Assembly: GCA_040880465.1 (NCBI GenBank)
Contig: JBBDIK010000013.1
Location: forward strand, 9,339 to 73,338
DNA from: Actinomycetota bacterium
GTDB lineage: Bacteria > Actinomycetota > UBA4738 > JBBDHU01
Reading direction: 5' to 3'
DNA length: 64,000 bases
The translations under genes and the position numbers were made by a program. This document shows, in pieces, positions 46,271 through 56,470 of this stretch. The notes under the pieces are model-generated. The model saw only the letters and a list, made by a program, of their open reading frames with translations, did no database searches and was not told the origin of the DNA. Position 1 is the first letter of the stretch, and each line of letters begins with the position of its first letter.

Positions 46271-46834
46271 ATGGCACTCTCACCATCGGACAAGCGAGCA
46301 CTGATCATCCTCGGGGCGGTGGCGGGGATCGCCATCGTCGTGTTCCTCGGGATGAAACTCTTGGGCGGCGGGGGTGGGGACGAGGCTGCATCTCCGGTCG
46401 CCGATGGCACCTCCCCGGGTGCGACCACCTCCGACGTGTCTCCGGCGCCATCGACGGGCGACGGGACCACCGGGGTGAGTCCGGCTCCGCCGGGAACGGA
46501 CTCGTTCGTGATCAGCGGGAAGGACCCCTTCAGCCCGCTACCCTTGGTGACTCCGTCGGTGAGCGTGAGCCCGGTGCCCGGCGAGTCGCCGAGCACCGGC
46601 ACCTGCGAGCAGACCGCGACGATCGACGGGAACGAGGTCACCCTCAATAAGGTGATCGACAAGGCCGATGCCGACATCGTGAAGGTCACGGTCAACGACT
46701 CCCCCTACAGCGCAGCGCAAGGCGATACGTTCGCCCGCTACTACACGGCCGTCGTGGTCGATCCGACGGCTGCCCAGGCGGAGTTCAACTACAGCAAGGG
46801 CTCGGTGAACGAGTCCTTCACCCTCTGCATCTAG
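46271..46834 (+). CDS. membrane-anchored PilP-like protein (TM helix, Pro/Ser/Thr linker, GKDPF motif, small beta domain)
   Basis: KRALIILGAVAGIAIVVFLG TM helix, then a PST-rich linker, then SGKDPFSPL (compare the R/K-DPF motif of PilP/GspC-type proteins). A C-terminal domain of about 75 aa is bracketed by two Cys. Its position directly after pilO supports the call. Confidence 0.4.
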   Translation: MALSPSDKRALIILGAVAGIAIVVFLGMKLLGGGGGDEAASPVADGTSPGATTSDVSPAPSTGDGTTGVSPAPPGTDSFVISGKDPFSPLPLVTPSVSVSPVPGESPSTGTCEQTATIDGNEVTLNKVIDKADADIVKVTVNDSPYSAAQGDTFARYYTAVVVDPTAAQAEFNYSKGSVNESFTLCI

Positions 46835-46871
46835 GCGCCGCAGGCGAGGTCGGCCCTATGCGCCGCGTGTG

Positions 46872-46877
46872 TAGGTT
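46872..46877 (+). promoter_or_regulatory. candidate -10 box (TAGGTT) 6 nt upstream of the aroC ATG; implies a leaderless mRNA
   Basis: Sequence reads TAGGTT-ggagac-ATG. Confidence 0.3.
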
Positions 46878-46883
46878 GGAGAC

Positions 46884-48032
46884 ATGCTGAGACAGCTCAC
46901 CGCTGGTGAATCCCATGGCAAGGGGCTCGTTGCCGTGCTCGAGGGACTGCCTGCCGCCGTCCCGGTTTCCAAGGACGGTCTCGCGGGAGAACTCGCGCGG
47001 CGGCGGCTCGGCCACGGGCGTAGCGGGCGTCAGTCGTTCGAGGCCGACCGGTTCGAGATCCTGTCCGGTGTCCGTCACGGCGTGACCCTGGGATCCCCGA
47101 TCTCCGTCACGATCGAGAACAAGGAATGGGCGAAGAAGTGGCGCCGCACCATGGCGGTCGAGGGGCGTGCGGACCCGAAGGAACGGCTCACGCGCCCGCG
47201 GCCCGGTCATGCGGATCTGGCAGGCGTGCAGAAGTACGGGTTCGACGACGTTCGCAACGTGCTGGAGCGCGCCAGTGCCCGGGAAACGGCAGCTCGCGTC
47301 GCCCTCGGGTACTTCTGCAAGGCGTTCCTGTCGGAGCTCGGCATCGCGGTCGTCTCGCACGTGGTGAGGATCGGCAAGGTCGCCTCCCGCGGGAAGGCGC
47401 CGTTGCCGGAGGATCTGGTACGCGTGGACCGGTCGCCGGTGCGGTGCTTGGATGCGGAGGCCTCGAAGCGGATGGTGGCCCAGATCAACGCCGTCCGGAA
47501 GTCGCGCGACACGGTCGGTGGCACGATCGAGGTCCTCGGATACGGAGTGCCGCCCGGGGTCGGGTCCTATGTCCAGTACGACCGGAAGCTGGACGCCCGC
47601 CTCGCACTCGGCTTCATGAGCATCCAGTCCGTCAAGGGTGTCGAGGTGGGGGATGGGTTCGCCACCGCCGCGCGGTGGGGGTCCAAGGCGCACGATGCGA
47701 TCTTCCCGGGCGAAGGGAGTCCATCCCGCCGGACCGCCCGTGCCGGCGGGATCGAGGGCGGGATGAGCACCGGGCAGCCGATCCGGGTGCGCGCGGCGAT
47801 GAAACCGTTCTCGAGCCTTCCCAAGGCCCTGGCGACGGTCGATCTCGCGACCGGGAAAGCCGCCGAGGCGATCCGACAACGCACCGACGTGTGTGCGGTC
47901 CCCGCCGGCGCGGTCGTCGGTGAAGCGGCCATGGCGTTCGCCCTGGCCGAGGCGGTCCTGGAGAAGTTCGGTGGGGATTCGCTTGCGGAGACCCGTCGGA
48001 ACCTCGAGTCCTATCTCGACACCCTGTCGTGA
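46884..48032 (+). CDS. aroC: chorismate synthase
   Basis: [24 protein letters not shown]..., [13 protein letters not shown]-like [13 protein letters not shown]. Confidence 0.95.
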   Translation: MLRQLTAGESHGKGLVAVLEGLPAAVPVSKDGLAGELARRRLGHGRSGRQSFEADRFEILSGVRHGVTLGSPISVTIENKEWAKKWRRTMAVEGRADPKERLTRPRPGHADLAGVQKYGFDDVRNVLERASARETAARVALGYFCKAFLSELGIAVVSHVVRIGKVASRGKAPLPEDLVRVDRSPVRCLDAEASKRMVAQINAVRKSRDTVGGTIEVLGYGVPPGVGSYVQYDRKLDARLALGFMSIQSVKGVEVGDGFATAARWGSKAHDAIFPGEGSPSRRTARAGGIEGGMSTGQPIRVRAAMKPFSSLPKALATVDLATGKAAEAIRQRTDVCAVPAGAVVGEAAMAFALAEAVLEKFGGDSLAETRRNLESYLDTLS

Positions 48033-48532
48033 GGGGGAACGTGTACCTGATCGGCATGCCGGGGTCGGGGAAGTCGGAGGTCGGCCGGATCGTCGCGGAC
48101 GCGTTGCAGATGCCGTTCGCCGACCTGGACGAGGAGATCGAGCGCGAGGCAGGCATGTCGATCGCGGAGATCTTCGCCGCGGAAGGGGAGTCGGGGTTCC
48201 GCCGGCGTGAGACCTCGGTGCTCTCGCGCGTATCTTCCCGCAACCGGATGGTGGTCGCGTGCGGAGGCGGGACGGTGCTGGACCCGGACAACCGGACGCT
48301 GCTGCGCGCCGGTGGGACCGTCGTCTGGCTGAACGTGCCGGCAGAGGTGATCGTCGAGCGGCTGGACTTCGACGGTGGTCGGCCGCTGCTGCGCGCGCCG
48401 GAGGACGTCGACGCGCTGTTGAAGGAGCGAGAGCCGTTGTACCGGGAGTCGGCGAACGTCGTGGTCGACGCGGACGGCGAGCTCGAGGCGGTCGCGGCCG
48501 AAGTCCTCCGCCGTCTGGAGGCGCGGGGATGA
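48029..48532 (+). CDS. aroK: shikimate kinase
   Basis: [32 protein letters not shown] overlap with aroC. Confidence 0.9.
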   Translation: MRGNVYLIGMPGSGKSEVGRIVADALQMPFADLDEEIEREAGMSIAEIFAAEGESGFRRRETSVLSRVSSRNRMVVACGGGTVLDPDNRTLLRAGGTVVWLNVPAEVIVERLDFDGGRPLLRAPEDVDALLKEREPLYRESANVVVDADGELEAVAAEVLRRLEARG

Positions 48533-49614
48533 TCACGGTCCGCGTGGAGATGCCCGTTGCCCCGTATGACGTCGTCGTGGGTGAGGGACTGGCCGCCGAG
48601 GCGGGCGCGTACGTCCCGCGGTCCGAGCGGGCGGAGAAGGTCTTCATCGTGAGCGACAGGACCGTGGCGGATCTGTATCTGCCCGCGTTGTCCGAGGGGC
48701 TGGGCGGGCTGGGGCTCGCATCGCTGCATCTGAGCGTTCCCGAGGGTGAGGAGGCGAAGACGCTGTCGGTCACCGATGCCTTGTACCGGCAGCTCGCCGT
48801 CCAGGAAGCACATCGGGACGACCTGGTCGTTGCGCTTGGCGGGGGCGCCGTCGGGGACGTCGCGGGATTCGTCGCCGCCACCTACATGCGCGGCCTCTCG
48901 GTCGTGCAGGTTCCGACCACGCTGACAGCGCAGGTCGACGCCGCCATCGGGGGCAAGACGGCCGTGAACCTACCGGAGGGCAAGAACCTGGTGGGGGCCT
49001 TCCATCAGCCCTCGGTCGTCCTCGCGGATGTCGGGACGTTGGCCACGCTCCCGGATCGGGACTACCGCTCGGGTCTGGCCGAGGTGGCCAAGTACGCGCT
49101 GACGCTTGACCTGGAGCTGCTCGACATCCTGGAGACCGACCTGGACGGCGTTCTGGAGCGGCGGGCCGCCACCCTGGAGCCGTTGGTGGCCCGATGCGCG
49201 GCGGCGAAGGCCCGCGCGGTGGCTGCCGACGAGCGGGATCGGGGGGAGCGTTTGCTCCTGAACTACGGGCACACGCTGGCGCACGCCCTGGAGCGCCTCG
49301 AGTCCTACGGTGGCCGGTCGCACGGGGAAGCGGTCGCGGTCGGTATGGTGTTCGCAGCACGGCTCGCCGAGTCGACGGGTCCGGCTGCCGACGGCCTGGC
49401 GGCCCGGCACATCCGGTTGCTCTCGTCGCTGGGTCTGGAGACGGGGGGACCCTTGCCGGCGGCGGCGGACGTGCTCGCCGCGATGCGGCTGGACAAGAAG
49501 TACCACGGCGGGACCCGGTTCGTGCTCCTGGACGACATCGGGCGGCCGCGGGTGGTTGAAGGGGTGCCGGAGGACGCCATCCGGTCGACCCTCGAGGAGA
49601 TGGGAGCGGCATGA
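48529..49614 (+). CDS. aroB: 3-dehydroquinate synthase
   Basis: ATGA overlap with aroK. LGGGAVGDVAGFVAATYMRG, VPTTLTAQVDAAIGGKTAVN, NYGHTLAHALE. Confidence 0.9.
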   Translation: MITVRVEMPVAPYDVVVGEGLAAEAGAYVPRSERAEKVFIVSDRTVADLYLPALSEGLGGLGLASLHLSVPEGEEAKTLSVTDALYRQLAVQEAHRDDLVVALGGGAVGDVAGFVAATYMRGLSVVQVPTTLTAQVDAAIGGKTAVNLPEGKNLVGAFHQPSVVLADVGTLATLPDRDYRSGLAEVAKYALTLDLELLDILETDLDGVLERRAATLEPLVARCAAAKARAVAADERDRGERLLLNYGHTLAHALERLESYGGRSHGEAVAVGMVFAARLAESTGPAADGLAARHIRLLSSLGLETGGPLPAAADVLAAMRLDKKYHGGTRFVLLDDIGRPRVVEGVPEDAIRSTLEEMGAA

Positions 49615-50045
49615 ACGTGCTCTACCTGTTCGGACCGAGCCTCGGGGCGCTGGGGACGCGGGAGCCGGAGACGTATGGCTCCGAGACGCTGGCCGATATC
49701 ATGACCGGCGTCACGATGGCGGCCGAGGGCATGAGCCATGCCGTCGAATGGCGTCAGTCCGACCACGAAGGCGACCTGGTCGGCTGGCTCCTCGGTGCGG
49801 CGGACGAAGGATTCGAGGCGATCGTGGTCAATCCCGGCGCACTGACCCACTACTCGTACGCGTTGCGCGATGCCGTCGAAGCGTGCCCGCTCCCAGCGAT
49901 CGAGGTCCACATGACGAATATCTTCGCGCGCGAGGAGTTCCGGCGGCACTCGGTCGTCTCCCCGGTGTGCCGGGTCGTGATCGCGGGCGCCGGCGCCGGC
50001 GGGTATCGGCTCGCGCTGGAAGCCTTCGCGTGGATCGCGGACTGA
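49611..50045 (+). CDS. aroQ: type II 3-dehydroquinate dehydratase
   Basis: LGTREPETYG, QSDHEGDL, NPGALTHYS, EVHMTNIFAREEFR. Confidence 0.9.
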   Translation: MNVLYLFGPSLGALGTREPETYGSETLADIMTGVTMAAEGMSHAVEWRQSDHEGDLVGWLLGAADEGFEAIVVNPGALTHYSYALRDAVEACPLPAIEVHMTNIFAREEFRRHSVVSPVCRVVIAGAGAGGYRLALEAFAWIAD

Positions 50046-51100
50046 GGCGCGACCGCCTCGCGGCCCGGCTTGAGGAGCTCGGGGCGGATGCGTTCCTGGT
50101 CACTCACCTGCCGAACGTGCGCTACCTCTGCGGCTACACGGGGTCCAACGGACAGGCGCTGATCGCGCGCGAAGGCGCCCGATTCTTCACCGATGGGCGG
50201 TACACGGAGCAGTCGCGGCGTGAGGTTCCCGACATGGAGCGGCTCTCGTACGGCGGAGACGGGTTCCCGGCGATGCTCCAGGAGGCTTGCTCGCAGCTCG
50301 GGGTGTCGCGTGTCGCCTTCGAGGCGTCCTTCCTCACCTACAAACAGTTCCAAGACTTCTCCGACCGGGTCGGGGAACTGATCCCCGCCCGTGACGAGGT
50401 CGGCCGGCTCCGTTGGGTCAAGGATGCTGAGGAACTCGCGCTGATCGAGGAAGCCCAGGCCATCACGGACACGGGGTTCAAGGCGATCCTGCCGGAGCTG
50501 CGTGAGGGTGTGACGGAACGCGAGCTGGCCCGGGATCTTGAGCGACGGCTGGAGGAGCACGGGGCAGAAGGTCCTGCCTTCGACACGATCGCCGCCTTCG
50601 GTGAGGATGCGGCCGAACCCCACCATCAGCCGACCGACCGCGCGCTCCGCCACGGGGACATCGTGAAGCTGGACTTCGGCGCTCGGTACGATGGGTACCA
50701 CTCGGACATGACGCGGACCGTCGCGTTCGGGGAGCCGAGCCACGAGTTGCGCACCGTGTACGCGCTCGTCCGGGAAGCTCAGCAGGTCGGCATCGATGCC
50801 GTCCGGGCCGGGGTCCGGGGCAAGGACGTCGACCGGGCGGCACGCGCGGTCATCGAGGCTGCCGGGTACGGGGAAGCGTTCGGCCACGGCCTCGGACACG
50901 GCGTGGGCCTCGAGATCCACGAAGGGCCTACGCTTTCCTCGACCTTCGAGGGAGAACTTCCCGCGGGGGCGGTCGTGACCGTCGAGCCGGGTATCTATCT
51001 CCCGGGTATCGGAGGGGTACGCATCGAGGACATGGTCGAGGTGACCGACGAAGGATGCCGGGTTCTGCCGGCGACACAGAAGGAGCTCGTGATCGTGTGA
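50030..51100 (+). CDS. pepP: M24 family Xaa-Pro aminopeptidase/dipeptidase
   Basis: Creatinase-like N-domain, then the pita-bread catalytic motifs DFGARYDGYHSDMTRT, HGLGHGVGLEIHE and VTVEPGIY. The start is approximate: GTG 50030, with in-frame alternatives nearby. Confidence 0.8.
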   Translation: MDRGLRRDRLAARLEELGADAFLVTHLPNVRYLCGYTGSNGQALIAREGARFFTDGRYTEQSRREVPDMERLSYGGDGFPAMLQEACSQLGVSRVAFEASFLTYKQFQDFSDRVGELIPARDEVGRLRWVKDAEELALIEEAQAITDTGFKAILPELREGVTERELARDLERRLEEHGAEGPAFDTIAAFGEDAAEPHHQPTDRALRHGDIVKLDFGARYDGYHSDMTRTVAFGEPSHELRTVYALVREAQQVGIDAVRAGVRGKDVDRAARAVIEAAGYGEAFGHGLGHGVGLEIHEGPTLSSTFEGELPAGAVVTVEPGIYLPGIGGVRIEDMVEVTDEGCRVLPATQKELVIV

Positions 51101-51663
51101 GCAGCGTTTCGACGAACGACCTGAAGAACGGCATGACGCTCGACCTTGACGGGACCCTCTACACGATCGTCGAGTTCCAGCACGTGAAGCCCGGCAAGGG
51201 CGGTGCCTTCGTCCGCACCAAACTGCGGAACGCACGGACCGGCGCGGTGGTGGAACGAACCTTCAACGCGGGCGTCAAGGTCGGGTTGGCGATCGTGGAC
51301 AAGCGCGAGATGCAGTACCTGTACCGGGACGGCGAGGACCTCGTCTTCATGGACACGGGTTCCTATGACCAGCACCACGTCCCCGCGGTGGCTGCCGGCG
51401 ACATGATCGGGTACCTCGCGGACGGGCAGACGGCGACCATCGCCATGTTCGAGAGCGAAGTCATCTCGATCGAGCTTCCCGCGGCGGTCGTCCTGGACGT
51501 CGTCAAGGCCGATCCGGGCGTCAAAGGTGACCGCGTCAGCGGCGCGCTCAAGCCGATCACGCTCTCCACGGGGATCGTCGTGCAGGCGCCGTTGTTCGTC
51601 GAGGCAGGCGAACGCGTCAAGGTCGATACCCGTTCCGGGGAATACCTGGAACGCCTGAAGTGA
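51097..51663 (+). CDS. efp: translation elongation factor P
   Basis: The GTG at 51097 overlaps the upstream stop. STNDLKNGMTLDLDGTLYTIVEFQHVKPGKGGAFVRTKLRN. Confidence 0.9.
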   Translation: MSSVSTNDLKNGMTLDLDGTLYTIVEFQHVKPGKGGAFVRTKLRNARTGAVVERTFNAGVKVGLAIVDKREMQYLYRDGEDLVFMDTGSYDQHHVPAVAAGDMIGYLADGQTATIAMFESEVISIELPAAVVLDVVKADPGVKGDRVSGALKPITLSTGIVVQAPLFVEAGERVKVDTRSGEYLERLK

Positions 51664-52070
51664 GTTCCCGGACCAAGGAGCGGCGTGCGGCGCTGGAGCT
51701 GCTCTACGAGGCAGACATCAAGGGCTTGGATCCCACGGCGGTGGCGCAGCACGCCCCCGAAGGCAGTTTCACGCGGGAGCTGGTCGAAGGGGTCGCGGCG
51801 CATCTGAGCGACATCGACGAGACGATCGGTGCGGCGGCGCAGGACTGGACGGTCGAGCGGATGCCGGCCGTCGATCGGGCTGCGCTGCGGCTCGCGTGCT
51901 ACGAGCTCCGGCCCGACAGCGGAACACCTCCGGCGGTGGCCATCGATGAAGCGGTTGACTCGGTCAAGGCGCTGTCCACTGAGGAGTCGGGCCGATTCGT
52001 GAACGGCGTGCTCGGCCGCATCGCCCGGGAGGCGGCGGCGGGAGCGGGCGAGCCTGAGGGCTCCGGCTAG
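51660..52070 (+). CDS. nusB: transcription antitermination factor NusB
   Basis: [15 protein letters not shown]...[18 protein letters not shown]...AIDEAV...FVNGVLG. Confidence 0.9.
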   Translation: MSSRTKERRAALELLYEADIKGLDPTAVAQHAPEGSFTRELVEGVAAHLSDIDETIGAAAQDWTVERMPAVDRAALRLACYELRPDSGTPPAVAIDEAVDSVKALSTEESGRFVNGVLGRIAREAAAGAGEPEGSG

Positions 52071-52279
52071 TCCTTGGTCTCGGTCGTGGCTTCCGGCTTC
52101 TCGGCGCTGTCCGCCTCGTGGGGTTCGATCGTGTCCTCGAGGCCCTTCTTGAACTCCTTGGAGGACTTCCCGAGTGACCGCGCGAGTTCCGGCAGCTTCT
52201 TGGCCCCGAAGAGCAGCAAGATCACGACCAAGATGAGGATGATCTCAGTGGGCCCGAGGCCCTGGAAGATCGCAAGCAT
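52067..52279 (-). CDS. tatA: twin-arginine translocase subunit TatA/E
   Basis: Internal Met of the listed 145 aa ORF, preceded by [52 protein letters not shown]. Its stop overlaps the nusB stop within CTAG. Confidence 0.85.
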   Translation of the reverse strand: MLAIFQGLGPTEIILILVVILLLFGAKKLPELARSLGKSSKEFKKGLEDTIEPHEADSAEKPEATTETKD

Positions 52280-52437
52280 CCTGTGGTGCTCCTTTCGACG
52301 TCCGTAGTCTAGCGGCCCTGCGGTCACCAGGGTGGAGGCCGTGTGCGGGTGTCGCCCCCCTCGCCGGCGGTACCGCGGCATGGCAGGGTTGAAGCGGGAG
52401 GCTTCGACGGCTACTATCTGAGTCGGCACTTCCTCTT

Positions 52438-53970
<1,533 letters not shown>

Positions 53971-53978
<8 letters not shown>

Positions 53979-55271
53979 GCGCACGATCTTCCGGGGGGTC
54001 CGGCTGGTCGATCCTGCGGCGGGCCGCGACGAACACGCCGACGTGGTGGTCGTCGACGGCGTGATCGAGTCGGTGGATCCGGCCGGCAAGGGGAGCGGTA
54101 CCGGCGAGATCGTGGAGGGCGACGGACTCGTCCTCGCACCGGGGTTCGTCGATCTGCATTGTCACCTGCGCGAGCCGGGCTGGGAGGATCGCGAGACGGT
54201 CGAGACGGGGTCGCGCGCGGCCGCCGCAGGTGGGTTCACGGCCGTTGCCGCGATGGCCAACACCGACCCGGTCGCCGACAACGCCGCGGTGATCCAGGAG
54301 GTCCTGACGCTCGCTGAGAAGGCGGGGCTGTGCGACGTATCCCCGGTCGGCGCGATCACCATCGGGCTGGCGGGCGAGGTCCTGACCGAGATGGGCGAGA
54401 TGGCTTCCCTGGGCGTGCGGATGTTCAGCGACGACGGCCACTGCGTCCCCCGGTCGCGTGTGCTGCGCATGGCGCTCGAGTACGCGCGGGCATTCGATGT
54501 GATCATCGCCGAGCACTGCGAGGACACCTCGCTCAGCGAGGGAACGCACGTCCACGAGGGGCCGACATCGGAGGCCCGCCGCCTGGGGGACACCCCGCCG
54601 AGGCCGAGGAGGTCATCGTCGCGCGCGACCTCTCTCTGGCGGGCCTCACCGGAGGCCGCCTGCACCTGTGCCACCTCTCGGCCGCGGGGTCCGTTGAGCT
54701 GGTTCGCCGGGCCAAGGGCCAGGGCGTGCGGGTGAGTGCGGAGGTCACGCCGCACCACCTCGTCATGACCGATGAGGACCTCACGACCTACGACACGCGG
54801 CTGAAGGTGAACCCGCCGGTGCGATCGGGTGAGGACCGGGACGCGCTCGTCGCCGGCCTCGCGGACGGGACGATCGATGCGGTCGCCACCGATCACGCGC
54901 CCCACGCGGTCCAGGACAAGGAGGTGGAGTTCGACCTCGCCCGGCACGGGACGATCGGTCTGGAGACGGCGCTGGCCGTCATCCTCACCCATCTGGTCGA
55001 GCCCGGTCACCTCTCGCTGGGACGGGCGCTCGACGCACTGACGACGTCACCCGCTCGTATCCTGGGGGCGTCGGAGCACGGCGGGCCCATCGAACCGGGT
55101 CGCCCGGCGAACCTGGTGGTGTTCGATCCGGCCGCCGAGTGGACCGTCGAGCCACCGTTCGTGTCCAAGAGCCGGAACTCGGCCTTCATAGGGCGGACGC
55201 TCCGGGGGCGCGTGATGCACACGATGTACCGAGGAGAACTCGTGTTCCGGGAAGGGGAAGCGACCAGGTGA
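53971..55271 (+). pseudogene. pyrC: dihydroorotase with one reading-frame break (frame 1 to frame 3) at a G5 run around 54585-54589; either a true pseudogene or a homopolymer assembly error
   Basis: The N-terminal half (ORF 53962-54735) carries DLHCHLREPG and ...HEGPTSEARRLG. The C-terminal half (ORF 54330-55271) resumes with GHPAEAEEVIVARDL...HLCHLS...ATDHAPH. The two halves are collinear with a single dihydroorotase. Confidence 0.85.
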
Positions 55272-56470
55272 GCAGCGCGACCATCGAGGGGGGGCCGGAA
55301 GCCCTGCTCGCGCTCGAGGACGGAACCGTGTTCCGAGGACGGGGCTTCGGCGCCGAGGGAGAGACGTTCGGCGAGGCGGTGTTCAACACGGCCATGTCCG
55401 GCTACCAGGAGGTGCTGACCGATCCTTCCTACACCGGCCAGGTCGTCGTGATGACCTACCCGCATCAGGGGAACTACGGCACCAACATGGAGGACCCTGA
55501 GTCCGCGGCCGTGCATGTGGCCGGTTTCGCGGTCCGGGAGGCCTCCCGGCGGTTCTCCAACTGGCGGGCCGCGGGCGGGATGAGCGAGGAGCTGGCCGCC
55601 GCCGAGGTGGTCGGTATCCAGGGGATCGATACGCGCCGGTTGACCTTGCTGCTGCGCAACCAGGGCGCGATGCGCTGCGGCGTGTCGACGGTCGACACGG
55701 ACCCCGCATCCCTCGTGGAACGCGTTCGCCAGACGTCCGGGATGCAGGGAGCCGACCTCGCGACGTCGGTGACGACGGCAGGCCCGTACGAAGCGGCCGG
55801 GGTGGTCGGGCCGGTTGCGACCGATGCCGGGCGCGTGCTCCGGGTCGCGGCGGTCGACTTCGGCATCAAGACCAACATCCTTCGCCGGCTGCATGCGTCG
55901 GGGTGTGAAACGACCGTCGTTCCCGCAGACACGCCGGCCGACGAGATCCGCGACGGCGGATACGACGGCGTCTTCCTGTCGAACGGCCCCGGTGATCCGG
56001 CGGCGACACGCTACGGGATCGAGGCCACCCGGGAGCTCCTGGGCGCCGTGCCGCTGTTCGGGATCTGCCTCGGCCATCAGCTCCTGGGACTGGCGCTGGG
56101 TGGGCGAACCTACAAGATGAAGTTCGGGCATCGGGGCGCCAACCAGCCGGTCAAGGACGTGACGACGGGGCGCGTCGAGGTGACCTCGCACAACCACGGC
56201 TTCGCGGTGGACCCGGCGGGATGGGGGGTCGCGGTGGACGTCCCCGAGAACGGGACGGGCTGGTCTCCCGAGGAGCCACCGCAGGTGCAGACCTCGGACG
56301 GCAGGGTCGCCCTCACGCACTGGAACCTGAACGACGGCACGCTCGAGGGACTGCGGTGTCTCGATGTCCCTGCATACTCGGTGCAGTACCACCCGGAGGC
56401 GGCGCCGGGCCCACACGACTCGCGCCATCTGTTCCAGGGATTCCGCGACCTCATGGAAGGGGCCTCCTAG
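55268..56470 (+). CDS. carA: carbamoyl-phosphate synthase small (glutaminase) subunit
   Basis: The GTG at 55268 overlaps the pyrC stop. [50 protein letters not shown]. Confidence 0.95.
   Translation: MSSATIEGGPEALLALEDGTVFRGRGFGAEGETFGEAVFNTAMSGYQEVLTDPSYTGQVVVMTYPHQGNYGTNMEDPESAAVHVAGFAVREASRRFSNWRAAGGMSEELAAAEVVGIQGIDTRRLTLLLRNQGAMRCGVSTVDTDPASLVERVRQTSGMQGADLATSVTTAGPYEAAGVVGPVATDAGRVLRVAAVDFGIKTNILRRLHASGCETTVVPADTPADEIRDGGYDGVFLSNGPGDPAATRYGIEATRELLGAVPLFGICLGHQLLGLALGGRTYKMKFGHRGANQPVKDVTTGRVEVTSHNHGFAVDPAGWGVAVDVPENGTGWSPEEPPQVQTSDGRVALTHWNLNDGTLEGLRCLDVPAYSVQYHPEAAPGPHDSRHLFQGFRDLMEGAS

Noticed and set aside
52067-52070. The convergent nusB/tatA overlap (stops sharing CTAG) as a regulatory antisense arrangement.
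   Set aside because: The overlap is only 4 nt, and no terminator or extended complementarity beyond the stop codons is visible. It is most simply explained by genome compaction.
54583-54590. Programmed -1 ribosomal frameshifting as the explanation for the pyrC frame break.
   Set aside because: No slippery heptamer of X XXY YYZ type and no obvious downstream stimulatory structure are present, and no precedent I know of exists for pyrC. A homopolymer indel, whether real or technical, is far more likely. I keep it only as a remote alternative in the finding.
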